DNA of 64,000 nucleotides from Desulfoplanes formicivorans (lineage in GTDB: Bacteria; Desulfobacterota; Desulfovibrionia; Desulfovibrionales; Desulfomicrobiaceae). The notes below the pieces were generated by a model. It did no database searches. It was given only the letters and a program-made list of their open reading frames with translations, and was not told where the DNA came from. A program made the position numbers and the translations under genes. Location: positions 361,437 through 425,436 of the forward strand of contig NZ_BDFE01000015.1 in NCBI RefSeq assembly GCF_001748225.1, written 5' to 3'. Positions 56,701-64,000 of the stretch are shown in pieces (the first letter of the stretch is position 1; each line of letters starts with the position of its first letter).

Positions 56701-59700
56701 TGGCCATGATGGTTGCTTCACTGGGCCCGTATTCGTTGTACAGTTTGTAGGGCTGGGGGCGAAAGGTGCGCAGGGCGTCTCCTCCGGTGGCCAGCAGTCG
56801 CAGGGATCGTGGAGGAGCCAATGTCTGGAACTGCTCGGCCAGCACGGTGGGAATGTTGGCCAGGGTGATCCCATGGGTATCAAAGTGGGTATGCATGCGC
56901 TGCAGGCTGGTACGATGGGGGTCGTCAAGCACATCTATGGTTGCGCCTGCCGCAAGGATCGGGAAAATGCCCCAGGCCGCCGCATCAAAGGCAAAACTGA
57001 AGACAAGACCGGCACGATCCTCGGGAGTGACCTCATAGGCCTGGATATGCCAGGTGCAGAAATTGGCCAGACTCCGGTGTTCGATCATGACCCCCTTGGG
57101 TTGGCCTGTGGTGCCCGAAGTGTAGACCACATAGGCAAGACTTTCCGGATGTGGCGCGGGCAGACTCTTGGATGTGGGCGTGTATGATGTGCGGACATCA
57201 AGACGCGGTCCGTCAAAGGCGGTTGCCAGTTCCGCCATGGAGGGGTCACTGATGAGAACACAGGGAGCAGCGTCCGAAAGGATATGGGTCATTCGGTCTT
57301 GGGGATATGCCGGATCCAGAGTCACATAGGCACTACCTGATTTGAGGATGGCCAGCAGGGCCACCATGTACTCTGCCGAGCGGGGCAGGAGTATGGCGAT
57401 GGTGCGTTCCGGACCGGCACCCAGTTCGCGCAGTTTGTGAGCCAGAGCATCGCTTCGTGTGTCCAGTTCCTCATAGGTCAGGCTGTTGTCCCCACAGACC
57501 ACAGCAATGTTTTGGCCGTGACGGGCCACGCTGCTGCGGAACAGATCCACCACTGTCGTATCTTTGGAAGAAACCGCCATGGGGGAGATTGTTGCTGGAA
57601 CACAAAGGCTCAGCGCTGATGGAATGATGTCCGGATTGTCTGCCATCTGGTGTAGTACGTGCAGAAAATGATTGCCCAGATCCTGCACCAGCCATGTGTC
57701 CAGGGCCGTGGCGTTAAATTGCAGACGTCCGTTGAGTTCCTGTCCCTGTTCAAAGACCAGAGCCAGATCGTAGTTGGTCTGGTTGAATCCCCCGGATGTG
57801 GTTATGCCAAGGGCCTGGTCAGGATGTGATGACGGCAGATTTTCAAAGACAAACAGGTGGTTGATAAGGCCATTGCCCAGAGGAGTAAGCTGCTGAATAT
57901 GGGCCAGGGGAATATGGGCATGGGGTTCCATGCGAAGCATGTCTGCCTGTACCCGGGTCAATACCTGGCGCAGGGGCTGGTTGTCCGGGAATGTAATGCG
58001 CATGGGTACGGTGTTGACAAACAATCCGACCATGTTTTCCACGTGGGGCAGATCAATATTGCGTCCCGAGAGCACTGTGCCGAAAACCACGTCGTCATTA
58101 TTGACCGCTCTACTGAGAACCAGGGCCCAGGCGGTCTGCAGCACGGTGTTTATGGTGACCTGGCAGTCCCCTGCCAAGGCGGTCAGTTTGCGGGACAGGT
58201 CAGACCCGCAATGAAGGGGAATGGTTTGGCCGTCATAGGGACCCTGTGCCTTGATGCGGTGTCCGGGCAGATCCGTGGATTCGGCCCCCTGCAGCCATTG
58301 GCGCCAGAAGGCTTGTGCAGCAGCGTGATCCTGTGAAGCCAGCCAGTGTATGTAGGTACTGAAGGGCGCGGTGGGAGCAGGAGGCTCGGCGCTGAATAAT
58401 TCCGAGGCCAGGATACCCATGCTCCAGCCGTCGAGGATACTATGCTGGAAAGAAACCAGCAGGGCATGGTGATTGGGTCCCAGCACACAGAGAATCAGGC
58501 GAAAAAGCGGTCCCTCTTCCAGGTCAAGGCCGTGCTCGCGCACCGAACGCTGCAGCTCTTCCATGCGCTCGAGCTGCTTATCTTCTGGCAGGTCCTGCAG
58601 ATCTTCTTCTTCAAGGACAACACCTGCATCAGATACTTCAATGAGCCAGGGGCTGCTCAGCCCTTTCCACGCAAAAAGTGTGCGCAACATGGCATGGCGC
58701 TGTACACACCCAGCCAACCGAGTTCGTAATGCCTCGATATCCAGGGGGCCGCGCAGGTCCAGATTGCTCTGCTCTATGTAGGTTGCTGATTCGGGCTCGC
58801 GGGTGTGATGGTAGAGCAGACCTTCCTGCATGGGGGTCAATGGATGCACTGCCAGCAGGCGTTTCCCAAAACGTTGACCAAGAATGTGCAGATCCCGCTC
58901 GGGTGGTTGCGGTGTGGGACTGACAGGGACTGGTGGCTCTGTTGTGCGGGATTTCTGCAGTTTGGCGGCCACCTGGCACAGTCTTGGATGATTGAACAGA
59001 AGTTGCGATGTCAGCTGATATCCCCGGGCCCGCAGGCGGGAGACCACCATCATGGCTTTGATGGAATCGCCGCCCAGGGCAAAAAAGTTGTCCTCCCTGC
59101 CGGGAGAGGCAACATCGAGTACCTCCCTCCAAATTGCAGCCACCGTCTTTTCCTGTTCCGTGCGTGGCTGCGATGGGGCTGGGGCTGCTTCTTCCTGTGG
59201 TGCAGGAAGTGCCGCATGGTCGATTTTGCCGTTGGCTGTGAGTGGCAGATGCTGCAGGGAGCAGATGCGTCCCGGGACCATCCAGCGCGGCAGCCGTGTT
59301 GTCAGCCAATCAAGCAGAAACTCCGTATCCTCCATCCTCGGCGTGACATACGCTGTCAGCAGGTTTTTTTCTCCATCTTCATGCAGTACGGCCACAGCGT
59401 TGTCCACGCTGTCATGGGCCAGGAGTGCGGATTCGATTTCTCCCAGCTCCAGACGTTGTCCCCGCAGTTTGACCTGTCCGTCCATGCGGCCGATGAAGTC
59501 GAGGTTGCCGTCGGGCATGAGGCGGCAGATGTCCCCGGTGCGGTACATGCGGGCGTGGGGTCCTTCTTGGGCAAAGGGATTGGCCACAAAGGCCCGGGCT
59601 GTCTGCTCTGGTCGGTTGAGATAGCCTCTGGCGATCTGGATACCGGACAGATGCAGCTCTCCGGGAGCGCCAAAGGGCTGCAACTGGCCATGTCGGCCAA

Positions 59701-62700
59701 GGATATGACATCGGGTATTGGCAATGGGGGTGCCGATGGGGGGGCTGGTGCGTGACGTGGTCACGGGCCAGCTCGTGGCACACACCGTGAATTCCGTTGG
59801 GCCGTAGCAGTTGCGCAGCTGGTAGGAACGTGGAGTCAGGGGGCCTGGTTTGTCGCCTGCCAGGGTGACCACACGCAGGTCGGGAAACTCATGGCCGTCC
59901 AGAACCTGATGGCCCACCTGGGGGGGCAGAAAGGACACTGAAATGCCGTGTGCATGAAAATAGTCGCGCAGGGCTTCGATATCCAGCCGCAGGGGTTCGG
60001 GAATGATATGCAGGGTCGCTCCGGCGGTCAGGGCCGGAAAGATTTCATACACAGAAGCGTCAAATGTCCATGGCGCATAGGTCGTGCACACATCGGTTGC
60101 GGTGAGGGGAAAATCCGTATGCTGCCAGCGGCACAGGTTGACCAGGCCGGCATGCTCCAGAAGTACCCCTTTGGGCTGACCCGTGGAGCCCGAAGTATAG
60201 ATGACATAGGCCAGATGCTGTGGCCGGGGTGCCGAAGGAACAGGGGACGCATGTTCCTGCAGGTTGGCAAGGTCCACTCGCGTTACTGAGGCCAGGGTGA
60301 GCAGATGGCGCGTTGCCTGAGTGTCCACAAGGATGGAAAGCCCTGCGTCCTGTGCAATAAATTCCAGACGTTCTGCAGGCCAGGAAGGATCAAGGGGAAG
60401 ATAGGCTGCGCCGGCTTTCATGATGCCCAGAGCCGCTATGACGAAATCTTCATTGCGCGGCATGAGGATCCCCACCATGGTCTCGGTGGTGACCCCCTGG
60501 GCGGCCAGACGGGCGGCCAGAGCATCGGTACGAGCATCAAGTTCGCCATAGGAACAGGTACCCTCTGCGCACACAAGGGCTGTCTTCCCGGGGTTCTGTC
60601 GGGCAACGGCGCGGAACAGATCAACCACGGTACTGTCTGTCTCGAAGGTTCGATCCGTGCGATTGCAGTGGACCAGAAGACGACGTTTTTCTGCCGCAGT
60701 GAGCATGGGCAGGGTGGAAATGGCCGCATCGGGCGTCTGGACGGCCCCTTCCAGCAGAGTCAGGTAGTGTTCGCGAAGGGCCTCCACTCGCCACGTTTCA
60801 AAGCTGGCCGTGTCGTAGTGAAAGGTACAGCTCAGACGGTCTGCATCAGTCCATTCAACGGCAAATTCCACGTCAGTATACCCGGAACTGTGCAGAGGGG
60901 TGATGGTCAATGCATCGGGTGTTCTGACCGGGGGCTGGTTTTCGAGAACAAAGAGCTGATGCATGGCCTCGCCGGTAAGTTCGTTGAGCTGGGCCATGGG
61001 ACAATGTGCATGGGCCTCGGCCTGCAGATTCCAGTCCTGTATGGAGGAGGCGAAATCTATAAAGGGTTGTTGCGGTGTATAGACCGCCCGGACCGGTACT
61101 GTTTGTACGCAGAGTCCCACAAGCTCTTCCACGTTGGGGATGGTGGCCGGACGGCCCGAGATGACGTTGCCGAAAAGGACGTCGTCTTGGTCTGCATGAC
61201 GGGCAAGGACAATGGCCCAGGCCGCCTGGAGCAGCGTGTTCAGGGTCAGACCGTGCTTGGATGCCAGGGAACGCAGACCCTGCTCCACCTGGCGGGTGAG
61301 CTGGAAGGGAAGTTGTGCCGGGCCCGTCTCGGTTGTCTGAAGCTGATTGTCCACACTTCGGCGCGGAAGCAGAGCCGGTGATGACAACTCCCTCAATGTT
61401 TCCTGCCACCATTTCAGGTTTTCAAGGGGATCCTGACGGGTCAGTTCACGGATGTGTGCCAGGAAGGACACCGGCGGTTTTTCCGGTGTTTCCGGGGCAA
61501 AGAGTTCCCCAAGCACCTGGCCGAGGCTCCAGCCGTCCATAACAATATGATGCCAGGACAAAAGCATTCGGAATCGTTGGGATTCGAGACGGAAAAGCAG
61601 GATGCGGACCAGAGGATCCCTGTCCAGCCTAGGCACGGGCATGTCTGCCTGGGCTTTCCGGATGGCTGCTTCCTGGGCGCTTTGAGGCAGGTTGCGCAGA
61701 TCCTGGTAGCGAAAGAACGATGCTTTGTTGTCCAGTACCACCTGCCAGGGCTGGTGTTCATCATGAACAAAAATGGTGCGCAGGGCGTCATGGCGTCGGG
61801 TGATCTCCTGCCAGCGGTTTTGCAGAGCTGTCGGATCCAGCTTCCCTTGTATTTCTGCCCAGTTGTCAATGATATAAGCCCCGGGATCGCGTTGGGCCGC
61901 AGCAAGCATGGCCGTCTGCATGGGGGTAAGACGGCATATGGTGGTGATGTTGGGCACACGCTTTGACAGATGTTCGCGGGTGGCTGTCTGTACGGTCGGA
62001 TCATGCCATGTGGTGTTCAGGTCTGCCTTGTCTGCAGCCGCGGGATGCATGCTTTTGGCCACTGTGGCCAGATCGGTGCGTGCATAAAGTTCTTTGAGCT
62101 CCAAGTGGTAGCCCCGGCTCCATAGGCGTGAGGCAACCATCAGGGCTTTGATGGAATCACCGCCAAGTTGAAAGAAGTCGTCGTCAAGTCCTACTCGTTC
62201 CAGGTCCAGCACCTCGGCCAGTACGTCGCAGAGATTTTTCTGGGCCTCATTTTCAGGCGCTTTGAATACTGCCTGAAGCATCTCGGGCGCGGGCAGGGCT
62301 TTGGTGTTGATCTTGCCGCTGACGGTCAAAGGCAGGGAATCGAGAAAGATGACATGTTCCGGAACCATGTAGGGAGGGAGTTGTTCCCTTGCAAAGGAGG
62401 CTATGGTCTCCTGATCAAGTTCGGCCTTATTTTTGGGCAGAACATAGGCACACAATTGTCCCTGATGGACCCGGAGGACGCATTGCTCCACAAGGGGATG
62501 CGTCTGGAGGGTTGATTCGATTTCCCCCGGTTCGATGCGGTGCCCCCGGATCTTGAGCTGCGCATCAATACGGCCCAAGAATTCGATGCTGCCGTCGGGT
62601 TGCCAGCAGCAAAGGTCTCCGGTGCGGTACATCCTTTGGGTGTCGGGGCCTGTGGCATAGGGGTTGGGGACAAACACGGTTTCGGTCAGATCGGGCCGGT

Positions 62701-64000
62701 TCAGATACCCGCGGGCCACCTGAATACCTGTGATGCACAATTCTCCGGGGATACCAACGGGCAGGAGATGGTCGTGCTCATCCAGAATGAACATGTCTGT
62801 ATTGTGCACGGGTTTGCCAATGGAGCGCGGATTGGCCTGACCGGCATCCCGACAGCTGGTGGAGGTGATGGTGCATTCTGTGGGGCCGTAGTTGTTCAAC
62901 AGGCTGAAGGGAGGATTATCCCGGGGCGTGAAAACGTCACCACCGGCGGTCAGGGTTTTCAGACTATCAACAGCAGATCCTTCCTTGAGAAAGAGGGTTG
63001 CCATGTGTGGGGGCATCCACGTGTCGGTGATACCGTTATGACGCAGATAACGGGTCAGGGCACGGAGATCATGCCGCAGGTCCTCGTCAAGTATATACAG
63101 TGTGGCCCCGGCCGTGAGGCCGGGGAAGATTTCCCAGATGGAGACGTCAAAGGCGTGTGCGGCAAAATGGGTCAGGCGTGAATCGGGATTCAGGGCATAA
63201 TGACGTGCGGTCCACAGGGTCTGGTTGGTCAGGCTGCGGTGTTCAACCGCAACCCCTTTGGGCAGTCCGGTAGTGCCTGAGGTATAGATGACATAGGCCA
63301 GATCCGTGATTCGGGGCGCAGGAAGGGGGGCTGCTTTGCTGGTAAACAACTGTGCCTTGTTCACATCAAAGCAGGGCAGTTGGGTATCCAGGGAGGAGAT
63401 CAGCTCGGTTTCGCTGATGAGCGCCACGGCACCGGAGTCTTCAAGCTGAAACTGCAGGCGTTGTCGGGGGGCGTCCACGGCCAGGGGCAGAAAAGCCCCT
63501 CCAGCCTTGAGCACTGCCAGCAGGGACACGGGAAAGGCGAGTCCTCTGTGGAGAAGCACGGCCACCACCTGTTCCGGGCCGGCGCCTGCATCACGCAGGC
63601 GTGTTGCCAGGGCATCGCTGTGCTGATCCAGCTCTTTATAGGTCAGGTGCTTGTGGCCAAAGACGAGCGCGGTTGCCTGGGGTTGGCTGGCAGCCTTCTG
63701 GCGGAATAATTCAACCACCGTGACCGGAGGATAGCTCACCTCGGGTGCCCGGAAATGGTTCAGGATCATGTCCTGCATGCTTGGGGAAACCAGACAGACG
63801 TCCCCCAACAGCATGTCCGGGGTGCGGCTGATGTTTTCGAGCACGGTCACGTAGGCATGGGCCAGAGATCGGATACGCCACTCGTCAAAACAGGCCCCGT
63901 TGTAAACCAGCATGCCTGCCAGGCGGTCCTGAGGTTCCCAGACCACGGCAAAATCGAAGTTGGTCTGACTGAATTCCTCGATCACCTCGCCCTGGATTCC
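53786..64000 (-). CDS. Non-ribosomal peptide synthetase, 5'-partial (runs off the window): ...C(partial)-A-T-C-A-T-C-A-T-TE(Cys)-C(terminal)
   Basis: Three adenylation domains (YTSGTTGLPKG / YTSGSTGQPKG / YTSGTTGQPKG; NYGPTE; GELCITG/GELHLSG; RTGD; KIRGHRIE), three T domains (LGGDSIKA x2, MGGDSLKA), condensation domains with HHxxxDG-type motifs (HHIVMDGWS, QHSILDGWS, IHHLVVDGVS), a TE-like alpha/beta-hydrolase domain with GLCMAG in place of GxSxG, and a final C domain. The first residues in the window lie inside a C domain, so the gene continues beyond 64000. Confidence 0.95.
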   Translation of the reverse strand, partial: GIQGEVIEEFSQTNFDFAVVWEPQDRLAGMLVYNGACFDEWRIRSLAHAYVTVLENISRTPDMLLGDVCLVSPSMQDMILNHFRAPEVSYPPVTVVELFRQKAASQPQATALVFGHKHLTYKELDQHSDALATRLRDAGAGPEQVVAVLLHRGLAFPVSLLAVLKAGGAFLPLAVDAPRQRLQFQLEDSGAVALISETELISSLDTQLPCFDVNKAQLFTSKAAPLPAPRITDLAYVIYTSGTTGLPKGVAVEHRSLTNQTLWTARHYALNPDSRLTHFAAHAFDVSIWEIFPGLTAGATLYILDEDLRHDLRALTRYLRHNGITDTWMPPHMATLFLKEGSAVDSLKTLTAGGDVFTPRDNPPFSLLNNYGPTECTITSTSCRDAGQANPRSIGKPVHNTDMFILDEHDHLLPVGIPGELCITGIQVARGYLNRPDLTETVFVPNPYATGPDTQRMYRTGDLCCWQPDGSIEFLGRIDAQLKIRGHRIEPGEIESTLQTHPLVEQCVLRVHQGQLCAYVLPKNKAELDQETIASFAREQLPPYMVPEHVIFLDSLPLTVSGKINTKALPAPEMLQAVFKAPENEAQKNLCDVLAEVLDLERVGLDDDFFQLGGDSIKALMVASRLWSRGYHLELKELYARTDLATVAKSMHPAAADKADLNTTWHDPTVQTATREHLSKRVPNITTICRLTPMQTAMLAAAQRDPGAYIIDNWAEIQGKLDPTALQNRWQEITRRHDALRTIFVHDEHQPWQVVLDNKASFFRYQDLRNLPQSAQEAAIRKAQADMPVPRLDRDPLVRILLFRLESQRFRMLLSWHHIVMDGWSLGQVLGELFAPETPEKPPVSFLAHIRELTRQDPLENLKWWQETLRELSSPALLPRRSVDNQLQTTETGPAQLPFQLTRQVEQGLRSLASKHGLTLNTLLQAAWAIVLARHADQDDVLFGNVISGRPATIPNVEELVGLCVQTVPVRAVYTPQQPFIDFASSIQDWNLQAEAHAHCPMAQLNELTGEAMHQLFVLENQPPVRTPDALTITPLHSSGYTDVEFAVEWTDADRLSCTFHYDTASFETWRVEALREHYLTLLEGAVQTPDAAISTLPMLTAAEKRRLLVHCNRTDRTFETDSTVVDLFRAVARQNPGKTALVCAEGTCSYGELDARTDALAARLAAQGVTTETMVGILMPRNEDFVIAALGIMKAGAAYLPLDPSWPAERLEFIAQDAGLSILVDTQATRHLLTLASVTRVDLANLQEHASPVPSAPRPQHLAYVIYTSGSTGQPKGVLLEHAGLVNLCRWQHTDFPLTATDVCTTYAPWTFDASVYEIFPALTAGATLHIIPEPLRLDIEALRDYFHAHGISVSFLPPQVGHQVLDGHEFPDLRVVTLAGDKPGPLTPRSYQLRNCYGPTEFTVCATSWPVTTSRTSPPIGTPIANTRCHILGRHGQLQPFGAPGELHLSGIQIARGYLNRPEQTARAFVANPFAQEGPHARMYRTGDICRLMPDGNLDFIGRMDGQVKLRGQRLELGEIESALLAHDSVDNAVAVLHEDGEKNLLTAYVTPRMEDTEFLLDWLTTRLPRWMVPGRICSLQHLPLTANGKIDHAALPAPQEEAAPAPSQPRTEQEKTVAAIWREVLDVASPGREDNFFALGGDSIKAMMVVSRLRARGYQLTSQLLFNHPRLCQVAAKLQKSRTTEPPVPVSPTPQPPERDLHILGQRFGKRLLAVHPLTPMQEGLLYHHTREPESATYIEQSNLDLRGPLDIEALRTRLAGCVQRHAMLRTLFAWKGLSSPWLIEVSDAGVVLEEEDLQDLPEDKQLERMEELQRSVREHGLDLEEGPLFRLILCVLGPNHHALLVSFQHSILDGWSMGILASELFSAEPPAPTAPFSTYIHWLASQDHAAAQAFWRQWLQGAESTDLPGHRIKAQGPYDGQTIPLHCGSDLSRKLTALAGDCQVTINTVLQTAWALVLSRAVNNDDVVFGTVLSGRNIDLPHVENMVGLFVNTVPMRITFPDNQPLRQVLTRVQADMLRMEPHAHIPLAHIQQLTPLGNGLINHLFVFENLPSSHPDQALGITTSGGFNQTNYDLALVFEQGQELNGRLQFNATALDTWLVQDLGNHFLHVLHQMADNPDIIPSALSLCVPATISPMAVSSKDTTVVDLFRSSVARHGQNIAVVCGDNSLTYEELDTRSDALAHKLRELGAGPERTIAILLPRSAEYMVALLAILKSGSAYVTLDPAYPQDRMTHILSDAAPCVLISDPSMAELATAFDGPRLDVRTSYTPTSKSLPAPHPESLAYVVYTSGTTGQPKGVMIEHRSLANFCTWHIQAYEVTPEDRAGLVFSFAFDAAAWGIFPILAAGATIDVLDDPHRTSLQRMHTHFDTHGITLANIPTVLAEQFQTLAPPRSLRLLATGGDALRTFRPQPYKLYNEYGPSEATIMATHHLVQEENKPIPIGRFVAGTQCLILDRHGHLQPDGLPGELHLSGKALARGYRNQPDQTTHAFVPNPFARDKEGEYARMYRTGDLCRRLPDGTMEFLGRIDNQLSIRGFRIEPAEIEQILLARPEIRSAAVLARPDANGDVVLCAYVVAEKWDETALRALLRRKLPAYMIPALFIRMEALPLNTNGKIDQAALPELVRPQHTEGEPPSTALELALARIWLDVLGMDTVFLDDDFFEMGGDSLKAMRLIAHVETNLNCSIPISELMNGVTIRTLARRIRDLQEGEEEKQPFLIPVREGSGCPLVLVHTTGGSVRCYHHLINALPKERPVFVLPPFGIDHGQQPDTQLEKVAARYVPSLIQRFPRGDFLLVGLCMAGMTAWEIARQLLEADCPVRGVISLNTRDHLLDDDLGNPVPRDQIPQEVPEQAIAVGLEALTGYEDGAPSVPSMKRLHAFLQAQLLAWAHYEPQPLPIPMTCIRPKDPVNGSYQSFETRPLGWENLALGGMEERYCPGNHFSMLKDPHVRSLAAIIEEIAAAPRPSIQNVPLTPIQRWLFSLDMNHAQFFQSVILRTDRCRPATVYKKALAELSRRHDMLRAVYPLEKGQRQQHILTSGHNRFGLRTCTADELQQVAADIAHNLDLARGPLAWAVLVPGRKDKEPDRLALIIHHLVVDGVSWHLILGDLAAALHCVDHDLPVELPSAPLAQHGSFAQWAARLIKHAQSPEVQQQRDFWKKQLASRPSGIPVQGTVETRRSCELITRDLILDKKNTRLLLGPCHKAYDTNINDLLLTALLLAVKSQSGTRKLLVDLEGHGRQELFENLSLGGIVGWFTTVHPTVLCAATDIPATIRSVHRSLRAVPSKGLGFGVLRYLAEIEALQDYEADVLFNYLGDVSGSTSGPFTLEELGFSSDVDNDFPQQAKLAVTGLVQDHRLRLNVDAHPAEFSPRYLEDLLEKMQTYLHEIIALCTPGRTA

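Noticed and set aside
54521-61381. Several 150-360-aa plus-strand ORFs within the NRPS region (for example 54521..55366, 58805..59755, 60305..61381)
   Set aside because: All lie antisense to a continuous 3,399-aa NRPS reading frame with complete domain motifs. They are by-products of the high-GC repetitive module structure.
1-64000. CRISPR arrays, rRNA genes and additional tRNAs
   Set aside because: No regularly spaced direct repeats, no rRNA-like conserved stretches and no further cloverleaf candidates were found on visual scanning. Only the tRNA-Val at 152-227 is present.

Overview
The window reads as a GC-rich (~58%) anaerobe-like, probably deltaproteobacterial, chromosome segment. It has a conserved core region followed by an accessory region ending in a large hybrid NRPS-PKS cluster. 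This taxonomic guess rests on composition and gene content only.

Core region (1-26 kb):
- 1-7.4 kb: tRNA-Val(GAC), then the conserved thrS-infC-rpmI-rplT-pheS-pheT operon and a small MerR-like gene.
- 7.4-13.5 kb: a class-I aminotransferase, pgi, and a histidine kinase paired with a sigma-54 (NtrC-type) response regulator.
- 13.5-18 kb: a class-I adenylate cyclase (CyaA-like catalytic core) carrying a ~740-aa N-terminal extension with pentapeptide-type repeats, co-transcribed with a small conserved protein.
- 19.3-22.7 kb: an amtB-glnK pair behind a textbook sigma-54 promoter (TGGCAC-N5-TTGCT), then a Cys-rich 4Fe-4S protein.
- 22.7-26.4 kb: a vapB-type antitoxin coupled to a short non-PIN partner ORF, a 5'-nucleotidase lipoprotein and a DHH-CBS phosphoesterase.

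Accessory region (26.4 kb onward):
- 26.4-36.5 kb: an orphan ABC_sub_bind-type binding protein, a DUF697-like protein, a SyrD/YojI-type peptide ABC exporter, a low-GC islet holding a Cys-rich secreted protein and an SPFH protein, a sensor-domain::MFS fusion and a formyltransferase.
- 36.8-42.6 kb: a NodT-MFP-RND efflux system.
- 42.7-64 kb: a convergent hybrid PKS/NRPS cluster. On the plus strand it has a type I PKS (loading AT-ACP, then KS-AT-DH-KR-ACP), a standalone KS-AT with no ACP, and a type II thioesterase. On the minus strand it has an Sfp-type PPTase and a >3,400-aa NRPS (C-A-T-C-A-T-C-A-T-TE-C) running off the window edge. The NRPS TE domain has Cys in the nucleophile position and is followed by a terminal C domain.

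The biosynthetic cluster with its dedicated exporters, and the extended CyaA, are the most likely undescribed systems. No rRNA, CRISPR array, IS element or integrase was found.
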